A DNA stretch of 64,000 nucleotides from Alphaproteobacteria bacterium (GTDB lineage Bacteria > Pseudomonadota > Alphaproteobacteria > GCA-2731375): the NCBI GenBank assembly GCA_965225945.1, contig CBDDBZ010000036.1:352001-416000 (forward strand), in the 5' to 3' direction. A model generated the notes under the pieces. It was given only the letters and a program-made list of their open reading frames with translations. It did not search any database and was not told where the DNA came from. The position numbers and the translations under genes were made by a program. Shown here piece by piece: positions 7,431 through 14,853 of the stretch. How positions within the stretch are numbered: position 1 is the first letter of the stretch; each line of letters starts with the position of its first letter.

Positions 7431-8980
7431 CAGCCTGTCGGACTTGAGCCGAGGGGTGTGATCTGATTCGATGGCATCGGTTGGTTCGCCCGCGATTGAT
7501 GGAGGCCGTGATGAGCAACTTCCGAGCGGTGGACCGCGAGACGGGGTTTCTGCTGCCGCCGTCGGTGGATGAATGGCTTCCCGAGCGGCATCTGGCGCGC
7601 TTCGTGGTCGAGGTGATCGAGCAGTTGGACCTCTCGGCGTTCGTGAAGGCCTATCGCGGCTCGGGCTCGGCGTCCTATCACCCGAGCGTGCTGCTGGGGC
7701 TTCTGGTCTACGGCTACGCCACGGGAGTGTTTTCGAGCCGCAAGCTGGAGCGCGCGACCTATGATTCGGTGGCCTTCCGCTTCATCGCCGCCAACGACCA
7801 TCCCGACCACGACACCATCGCCAGCTTCCGGCGGCGCTTTCTCGTTTCGATCGCAGGGCTGTTCGTCGAGGTGCTGCTGCTGGCTCGGGAAACCGGGCTG
7901 CTGAAGCTGGGCACGGTGGCGCTGGACGGCACCAAGGTGCATGCCAACGCGAGCCGCCACAGTGCCTTGTCGTGGAAACACGCCTGCGAGATCGAAGCCC
8001 GGTTGAAGGCCGAGGTGGTGGAACTGATGAGGCTGGCGGAGGCGGCCGATGCGGCGGATGTGCCGGACGGGATGTCGGTACCGGAAGAACTGGCCCGGCG
8101 CGAGGATCGTCTGGCCCGCATCGCCGAGGCCAAGGCGGCGATCGAGGCGCGGGCGCGCGAACGCCATGAGCGGGAGCGGGCCGAGTACGAGGCGAAGCTC
8201 CAGGCGCGCGCGGAGAAGGCCGGGAAGACGGGCCGCAAGCCGGGCGGCCGTCCGCCCAAGCCGCCGGTGGCCGGCGGTGGCTTCGAACAGTCTTACAACG
8301 CCCAGGCCACGGTGGCGGTCGACAGCCTGCTGGTGGTCACCAACGATGTGGTCCAGGCCCCCAACGACAAGCAACACATCGAGCCGGCGCTGGAAGCGCT
8401 CGAGCGGCTCTCCGAGGCGCTGGGCGCGCCCGAGACCCTGCTGGCGGACAGCGGCTACTTCAGCGAGGCCAACGTGAAGGCCTGCGCCGAGGCCGGGATC
8501 GCGCCGCTGATCGCGCCCGCTCGGGAGCACCATCATCTCTCCTGGAAGGACCGCTTCGCCGGAGCACCGCCGCCCCCGGAGAACCCGACGCCGCTGGAAG
8601 CGATGCGCCATCGACTGGCCTCGCCCGAGGGCCGGCAACTCTACGCCCTGCGCAAGCAAACGCCGGAACCGGTGTTCGGCATCATCAAATCGGTGATGGG
8701 CTTCCGCCAGTTCTCGCTACGCGGCCTGGACAAGGTCAGGGGCGAATGGAACTTGGTGACCCTGGCTTGGAACATCAAAAGAATGTTCACCCTGCAATAC
8801 GCGTGAGCAAGCGGCCCAACTCCGTGTCCTCGCGAAAGGGCCTAAAGTGTATGCTCGCCTCGCGATACACGCGAGCAAGCGGCCGGACGCCATGTCCTCA
8901 CGAAAGATGCCCGAACCCATGACCTCTCCACATCCCGATCCGTCCACACCCCTTCTCGCGGACCTCAGTCCGACAGGCTG
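7431..8980 (+). mobile_element. IS1182-family insertion sequence, copy 2 (1550 bp)
   Basis: Same IRs as copy 1; CTAG at 7427-7430 and 8981-8984; inverted relative to copy 1. Confidence 0.94.
7511..8806 (+). CDS. IS1182-family DDE transposase
   Basis: Identical to copy 1 except AEKAGKT vs AEKAEKT. Confidence 0.92.
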   Translation: MSNFRAVDRETGFLLPPSVDEWLPERHLARFVVEVIEQLDLSAFVKAYRGSGSASYHPSVLLGLLVYGYATGVFSSRKLERATYDSVAFRFIAANDHPDHDTIASFRRRFLVSIAGLFVEVLLLARETGLLKLGTVALDGTKVHANASRHSALSWKHACEIEARLKAEVVELMRLAEAADAADVPDGMSVPEELARREDRLARIAEAKAAIEARARERHERERAEYEAKLQARAEKAGKTGRKPGGRPPKPPVAGGGFEQSYNAQATVAVDSLLVVTNDVVQAPNDKQHIEPALEALERLSEALGAPETLLADSGYFSEANVKACAEAGIAPLIAPAREHHHLSWKDRFAGAPPPPENPTPLEAMRHRLASPEGRQLYALRKQTPEPVFGIIKSVMGFRQFSLRGLDKVRGEWNLVTLAWNIKRMFTLQYA

Positions 8981-9241
8981 CTAGCCGAGTCTCGACCAGC
9001 TCGCCCATGACCGCGTGCCCTTCTGACTTCCGATACCGCGGCGAGGGCCACCAATGTCGGCTATTGGGGGTACATTCCCCGTCGGGCCGGGGTGGCCGAT
9101 TCGGTCATTGACAGCCAAAGAACGAAACCGCTTTCAGCGGTAGTTCGTGGTGCCGGGCGGTGAGGTCGGTGGCGTAACGGATGGGTCGATCCTGTGTTGA
9201 GGTTTGGAGTTCCGAAGCTCACGCAACACGGGAGCAGACCC

Positions 9242-9787
9242 ATGACCGATAGTGACAAGACCATCAGCCCGCTGCGCCAGCGCATGATCGACGACATGGT
9301 GCTTCGCGGCTTCAGTGCCAACACGCAGCGCGGCTACATCAGTGCGGTGGCCGGCTTTTCCGACTTTCTCGCACGCTCTCCGGATCGGGCGGAGGCGGAG
9401 GATCTCAGGCGCTATCAAGTGCATATGCGCAAAGCAGGCGCATCGGCGACGACGATGAACGCGGCGGTCTCGGCATTGCGGTTCTTCTTCGGCGTCACGC
9501 TCGGCCGAGGCGACGCCGAGATCGGCATGACGACGGTGGCAATGCCGCGCAAGCTGCCGGTGATCCTGAGCGTCGAGGAAATGGCGCGGCTTCTCGATGC
9601 CGCCCCCGGTCCCAAATACAAGGCGGCCTTTTCGCTGGCCTATGGCGCCGGCCTGCGCGCTTCGGAGGTGGTCCATCTCAAGGTCCCGGACATCGACAGC
9701 AACCGCAAGACGCTTCGCATCGAGCAAGGTAAGGGCCGCCGAGATCGCTACGCCATGCTCTCGGATCGCGCCGTCGAGCAGCTCAGG
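9242..9787 (+). pseudogene. tyrosine recombinase of the type paired with IS91-like transposases, truncated by IS256
   Basis: SPLRQRMIDDM..RG.S..TQ..Y SAM-like N-terminus, KLPVILS, YGAGLRASE, EQGKGRRDR. The HxLRH and catalytic Tyr segment is missing. Confidence 0.85.
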
Positions 9788-9829
9788 GGATTGAGCAACC
9801 TGATGTGTGGAAATTCGGAACGCCGTTGA

Positions 9830-11041
9830 TCAGTCATCCTCTGCTTTCCAAGTGATGTAGGGTTTTTCGGTGGTTTCCCATTTCTCGTCGATTTCGACGA
9901 GGATGGCGGTGACCAGACGTTCGAGCGAGGCCTCGTTGGGAAAGACCCTGACCTTTACGGTGCGGCGCTTGATCTCCTGCTGGATGGATCGCTCCATGGG
10001 GTTCGAGGTTCGCATGCGCTTTTGGTGGCGCTCGGGCAGGGCGAAGACGGCGAGGCCCTCGGGGATCGCCGTCTCCAGCCAATCGGCGAGCTTGGGGGCG
10101 CTGTCGCGGTAGGCCGCCACCAGATGGCCCAGCTCGGCCTCGGCGGCCTTGCCGTCGGCGGCGTTCCAGACCCGGCGCAGCTCCTTGCCGATGGCCTTTC
10201 GGATGGCGAGGTTGGGGGCGTGATGGATGGCGTTTTGAGCCAGATGGTACTGACAGCGCTGCCAGACGGCGCCGCCGAGGACGGCCTTGCGCGCGGCGCC
10301 GAGGCCTGGATGATCATCGGAAACGATATAGGCGACACCGCGCATGCCACCGGCAACCAGGGTCTCCAGGAAGGCGCGCCAGTGCACTTCGGCCTCGGAG
10401 AGCGCACAGGAAACACCGAGCACCCGGCGGCGCTGGTCGGGGCCGATGCCGATCACCGAGAGCACGGCGGCGTCGCGCACCACGCCACCCTCTCGGACTT
10501 TCTCATAGCGCGCGTCGAGGAGCAGGTAGCGGATCTCGCCCAGCGGCCGGTTGCGCCAGGCATCCAGCTCCCCATCCAAGAGCTTGGCGGCGCGGCTGAC
10601 CTGGCTCGACGACAGGCTCTCCAGGCCGAACTCGCGCATCACCGCCTCGGCGTCACGGGTGGAGACGCCTTTGATATACATCTCCGCCACGGCCAGCATG
10701 ACAGCGCGGCAGGAGCGCCGTCCGCGCTCCAGGGCTTGGGGGTAAAAAGGCGCCTCATGACCGGCGGTCTTGGGAACCTCGAGCCTCACCGTACCGGCCG
10801 GGGTGTCGATCTTCTTGGGTCTGGTGCCGTTGGCGTATCCCCGCCGCTCGGGCGTGCGCTCATAGTGGCCGGCGCCCAAGAACCTCTCCCGCTCGATCCG
10901 CATGGCGAGATTGAAAAGGCCGGCGAAGACCGTCGCCATGTTCTCGCTACCGCCTTCGATCAATTGTTCCACCAAAGCCTCGACAGCGCTATCCTGGTCT
11001 TTCCGCATACTGGTTCTCCATGTTTGTTTGGACGCTTTCAT
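9830..11041 (-). CDS. IS256-family (mutator-type) transposase
   Basis: MYIKGVSTR, LDARYEKVR, SDDHPGL, WQRCQYH, RTSNPMER motifs; the true start may be the second Met. Confidence 0.95.
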   Translation of the reverse strand: MKASKQTWRTSMRKDQDSAVEALVEQLIEGGSENMATVFAGLFNLAMRIERERFLGAGHYERTPERRGYANGTRPKKIDTPAGTVRLEVPKTAGHEAPFYPQALERGRRSCRAVMLAVAEMYIKGVSTRDAEAVMREFGLESLSSSQVSRAAKLLDGELDAWRNRPLGEIRYLLLDARYEKVREGGVVRDAAVLSVIGIGPDQRRRVLGVSCALSEAEVHWRAFLETLVAGGMRGVAYIVSDDHPGLGAARKAVLGGAVWQRCQYHLAQNAIHHAPNLAIRKAIGKELRRVWNAADGKAAEAELGHLVAAYRDSAPKLADWLETAIPEGLAVFALPERHQKRMRTSNPMERSIQQEIKRRTVKVRVFPNEASLERLVTAILVEIDEKWETTEKPYITWKAEDD

Positions 11042-11060
11042 GGATAACCAAAATGACGGA

Positions 11061-11096
11061 TCGCCCCGCGCCGGGGTATACCCCGGCGCGGGGCGA
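11061..11096. repeat. perfect 36-bp palindrome inside IS256, upstream of the transposase
   Basis: TCGCCCCGCGCCGGGGTA|TACCCCGGCGCGGGGCGA. Confidence 0.92.
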
Positions 11097-11129
11097 AGCC
11101 AAATTTCCAGACCTCACGCTACACAAGCC

Positions 11130-11362
11130 AATTGCCAATTGTCCGTCTCTTGACCGTGCATCATGGCGATGCTGTCATAGTTGGTGACGTTCAAGATCAA
11201 GCCCTTCTGCACGCCGTGAAATGTGAGAAGCGGCCTGGATTCCTTGCCGCGCTCGCTGTCGATTTCCTCGATCGTGAGCTTGGCGATCGTCAGCGGCCAT
11301 TCGCGGCCTTGCAAGTCGTCACACTTGATGAATTTGCTTGGGTAGAGATCGGCCTTTCGCAT
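11130..11362 (-). pseudogene. conserved phage protein (PSKFIKxxDL...LILNxTN...ETDxW family), truncated by IS256
   Basis: Recognisable phage-protein motif string that runs into the IS256 IR right after ETDNWQ; AAGGAAA RBS. Confidence 0.7.
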
Positions 11363-11419
11363 GTCGTTTCCTTTCATATGTGGTGTGAGTTGCCGTCTGG
11401 AATTGTCCGGACCGACGGC

Positions 11420-11665
11420 GCGCCCGGTCGTTTCGTGAAAATATCTACAGGCCTTTGTGCTCCCGGGAATTGTCCCGACTTTCCCCACCGGCTTCTAGAC
11501 CAGGCGCGCGTATTCGGCGCACCTTCTCTTGCCAAGAGCCGCATCGTGAAAGTGCGTGCACTCGCGGCATGTACTCTCCGGGCCGGTGCCGGGGAATTGT
11601 GCGAAGCACCCATGCCGGGCGAGCTTGATGGCGTTGGTGACGCCTATGGCGTAACCCTCCATCAT
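11420..11665 (-). pseudogene. small Cys-rich phage protein with premature TAG
   Basis: GTGPESTCRECTHF...RC, then TAG at 11495-11497, with in-frame continuation KPVGKVGTIPGSTKACRYF. The 3' end is approximate. Confidence 0.55.
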
Positions 11666-11883
11666 CGTCCACGCCGCCCGCCGCGCTCGTTGGCCTTGAG
11701 CCAGTCCGCGACAGACTCGTCGCAGAATAGAATGAGGCGACCAATTTTGATTTGGGGCGGCCCGATGCCGAGCGAGTTCCATCGCTGTAGCGTGCGCTTG
11801 GTTCTCTTCAGCTTCTTGGCGGTTTGCTCAAGAGTCGAAAACCCGGCGAGTTGGTTTTCGGCTTCGATGGTCTCGGTAGTCAT
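11662..11883 (-). CDS. excisionase/AlpA-like HTH protein
   Basis: TAKKL...RTLQRW...GIGPPQIKIGRLILF...VADWL is a MerR/Xis-like HTH_17 pattern. Confidence 0.8.
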   Translation of the reverse strand: MTTETIEAENQLAGFSTLEQTAKKLKRTKRTLQRWNSLGIGPPQIKIGRLILFCDESVADWLKANERGGRRGR

Positions 11884-11970
11884 GGTGTCGCTCTTTTTCA
11901 GCAGTAAAGCGACATGGGTATAGCTTAGAGGCGCACTTGACGTCTATAATTGGAGGTTTGGGAAAGTACC

Positions 11971-12459
11971 TTACTTTTTCAACGGGAATTTCTTTCGGTA
12001 ACTTTTCTGGACTTTCCACCGTCTGATGCCTGTTACCTTAGCGACTTCGTCGTAGGCGAAATCAAGCTTTGTCCTCTTCCCACTGGTCCCCCCAATGTTG
12101 ATATGAACTTTCACGAGCATTGCCAGGCCGATCTCGAAACCCTCAGCCGTGAGCCGCGAAAATACGTCGCCGCTTCCTAGTTCGCTGAATTTCAATGCGT
12201 GCAGCACTTTCGACGGCCTGTCCTCGGGCATGTCCCGGCTGATCCGAGCGAAGTCTTGCGCAACGCTCGAGAGATACCTTAAGACCCAATCGGGGAAATC
12301 GAGCCCTTGCTTGCGGCAGTGTCGGAAGGCAATCCATGCGAAGAGTGGATTATCGGTGCGGTCGAATTCGCTCTTATAAATGGCGCGAATATCCATGACC
12401 GGGGCGCCGCCCATGGCGCGGGCGAGCGCACGTCGGTTGATGGCTTGAAGGTCGGCCAT
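11971..12459 (-). CDS. hypothetical protein between integrase and excisionase
   Basis: 162-aa lower-GC ORF starting 2 bp after the restored integrase stop. Confidence 0.6.
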   Translation of the reverse strand: MADLQAINRRALARAMGGAPVMDIRAIYKSEFDRTDNPLFAWIAFRHCRKQGLDFPDWVLRYLSSVAQDFARISRDMPEDRPSKVLHALKFSELGSGDVFSRLTAEGFEIGLAMLVKVHINIGGTSGKRTKLDFAYDEVAKVTGIRRWKVQKSYRKKFPLKK

Positions 12460-12461
12460 CG

Positions 12462-13728
12462 TCAGGCACCCGAGCGCCCGGGTTTCAGGTGCTCGACCTG
12501 ACCGCGCTTGCCCCGCATCTTCGCCGCCTGCGTCGCGCTTACTGCGTCCGCCGCCTCGCGCACCGGATCTTGATTGGCCGCGACGAACCTGCTCACCATC
12601 TGCATGGTTTTGTGACCTCCGAGGTCACGAACGATGCAAAGCGCCGAATCGTCCGCCGGCCTCGGTTAGGTATGAGTGCCGAAGATCATGTAGACGAACG
12701 TCCTCGATACCGGCCCGGACCCGGACCTTGTCCCAAGCGCGGTTTAGCCCCGACCAAAGGATTGGCTCCCCGGACGCCCCTTCGAAAACGTACTCCGTGG
12801 TGCTGTCGAGCTCTCCGAGAATTTCGAGCGCCGTCGAACCGACGACGCGGGTCGCGGGCCCGGTCTTGCTGTCCTTGAGTTTTAGATGGCCTTGCTCGAA
12901 GTCGATATCGCTCCAGCGCAGCGCCAGCATCTCGCCCTTTCGAAGGCCGGTCATGAAAAGGAATTGGATCGCCGTCGCCAGCATCACCAACAGGGTTCCT
13001 TCCCCCTGCATCGTCGCCATCGCTCCCGACATGGCCACCGCTTCGTCGGGTGTGAGCACGCGATCGCGCTTCACCTCCGGCCATCGCTGGATATGACGAG
13101 TTGGATTAGTATGCTGGGGCCGGTAGCCCCAGCGCTCGGCGAGATTCATCGCCTTCGAAAGGACGGCCAACATTTGATTCGCGGTTCTGGCCTTGTCCTT
13201 CAGCTTAAGGTGCAACGAGGCCACGTCGTCGGTAGTAATCTCAGCAACCTTTTTCGCGCCGAGGTTCGGGCGGATATAGTCGTCGATCAGGCGTCGATAT
13301 TCTGCTGCCGTTGACTTCTTGACCCGCGTCTCGACGTGCTCGGCGTCGAACCGATCCATCAACTCACGGATGTTCGGCGCCTCGCGTGCCTCGCGGTTGT
13401 CTTGAACGGGATCAGCGCCGCTTTCGATGTCCTGCTTGAGTTTCTTGGCCCGTGCCCGGGCTTGCGCCACCGTCCAGACATCTGGAAATCGCCCGATCGT
13501 GTAGCGCCGCTGCGTGCCCCCCTTGTTGCGGTAGCACAAGACGAACGATCGAACCGCCGGCCTTTCGTCGCCAGTTTGGGCGCTGGTGGTTGGTGGCGTG
13601 ACTCGCACCCCGAACCCGCCAGGTTCCGTTTCCCAGAAATAGATCCGCTGCCCCGTGCCCGGCGGGGGAAGCTCCCGAACCAGCTTGTCCGTCATCTTGC
13701 CGGGCTGGATATTCGATCCGCGCGCCAT
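12462..13728 (-). pseudogene. phage tyrosine integrase with arm-binding domain, frameshifted near the C-terminus
   Basis: GFGVRVT...YTIGRFP arm domain, TGLRKGE, HDLRHS. The remaining IVRDLGGHKTMQMVSRF...* lies in another frame ending at 12462. Confidence 0.88.
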
Positions 13729-13900
13729 GGCCCAAATCCCCCGTCAACGTCCTGTCAACATCGAAAAAGGATACCAGTGGCGGCCCATGTCCGCAAGTGT
13801 CTTATTGAAACGACAGTCAACACCTTGAAAAATATAGGGCCGGACAGCAACGGACTGAAAATCACTTGCGCGCCAAGGGCTTGGGAAATCGGCAATTTGA

Positions 13901-13957
13901 GACTTAAAATTTGCTTCGCTTCGGCGGGTCCCGGTTCGACTCCGGGCGCGGCCACCA
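13901..13957 (+). other. 3' half of tRNA-Leu(TAA), att-site remnant
   Basis: GACTTAAAAT anticodon loop, long variable arm, CCCGG-TTCGACT-CCGGG T arm, GCGGCC-ACCA end. No D arm or 5' acceptor strand upstream. Confidence 0.82.
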
Positions 13958-14156
13958 GGCGACGGCCGGTAAACCCGAACGCCCCGGGACACCAGGCCTC
14001 ACACCCCTTTGGACCGCGCTTCGGCCTCTGGCACGATGGCGCCGAGGCTAAGAGGGCTGCGACGGAATTCACGCCCCGACCGCGCACGACATCCTCGCCA
14101 TCGACGCGGTGGCCCGCGACTTCCCGGCCGTTTCGAGTCAATCGAAAGTCATCGGC

Positions 14157-14792
14157 TCAGGGGGCGTTTTTGCGCCGCCAGTGCTCGATCGCCTCGATGC
14201 AGGCATCGGCGCTCGAGATGTCGGCATAGCGGCGCCCGACATCGCGCAGGTTGTCGCGGTGCGGGCCTTCCTCGTAATCGCCGACGCAATCCTCCGCCAC
14301 GATGGTGCGAAAGCGATGGCTGAAGCTATCGATCACGCTCGCCCGGATGCAGCCGCTGGTGACGCAGCCGGTGACGATGACGGTGTCCACCCGCTCCTTG
14401 GTGAAGAACGAGGCGACGCCGGTGTCGAAGAAGATCGAGGCAGCGGGCTTGCAGACCGTAAGGTCGTAGGCGGCATCGTGAATCCGGGGATCGAGGCGGG
14501 TGGAGGGATGGTCGTGGAGGAAAGTGTCGCGCACGGCCCCCACTTTCCAATAGGGCATCTCGCGCTGGCTCAGGTAGGCGGTGTTGCAGACGGCGACCGG
14601 CACCCCGGCGGCGCGCGCCGCCGCCAACAGGCGCTGGGTATTTTGCACGCCGCGTTCCACCAGCGGGGCGCCGCCCAGGGGATATTGCGGGTCGGTGAAG
14701 CCGAGCTGGTAGTCCACCACGACGACGCCGGGCTTCTCGCCGAAGCCGATCTCGCCGCTTGCGTAGGTCCGTTCCACGTAGTGATCGGTCAT
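14157..14792 (-). CDS. isochorismatase-family hydrolase (maleamate/N-carbamoylsarcosine amidase-like)
   Basis: VVDYQ...K..ASIF...GCVTSGCIRAS: D-K-C triad. Confidence 0.88.
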   Translation of the reverse strand: MTDHYVERTYASGEIGFGEKPGVVVVDYQLGFTDPQYPLGGAPLVERGVQNTQRLLAAARAAGVPVAVCNTAYLSQREMPYWKVGAVRDTFLHDHPSTRLDPRIHDAAYDLTVCKPAASIFFDTGVASFFTKERVDTVIVTGCVTSGCIRASVIDSFSHRFRTIVAEDCVGDYEEGPHRDNLRDVGRRYADISSADACIEAIEHWRRKNAP

Positions 14793-14853
14793 GACATTCC
14801 TCCCGGGTCGGGTCGCCGAGGCAGAGCCTACCCGATCGCCCGTCCGCGCGGCA

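Larger units (their letters stand above)
9788..11129 (-). mobile_element. IS256-family insertion sequence, no target duplication
   Basis: Imperfect IRs GGATTGAGCAACCTGATGTGTGGAAATT / GGCTTGTGTAGCGTGAGGTCTGGAAATT; the flanks do not match. Confidence 0.88.

Noticed and set aside
584-8980. Composite transposon insertion
   Set aside because: Each IS has its own reconstitutable empty site and the HIG1-PduO order is native. CTAG flanks are target-specific, so they do not prove joint movement.
11495-11497. Programmed stop read-through or recoding (also TAA at 28998)
   Set aside because: Different stop codons, in decaying mobile DNA that also has frameshifts; plain nonsense mutation is simpler.
13870-13957. 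Functional tRNA-Leu(TAA) gene
   Set aside because: No D arm or 5' acceptor strand; treated as an att remnant.
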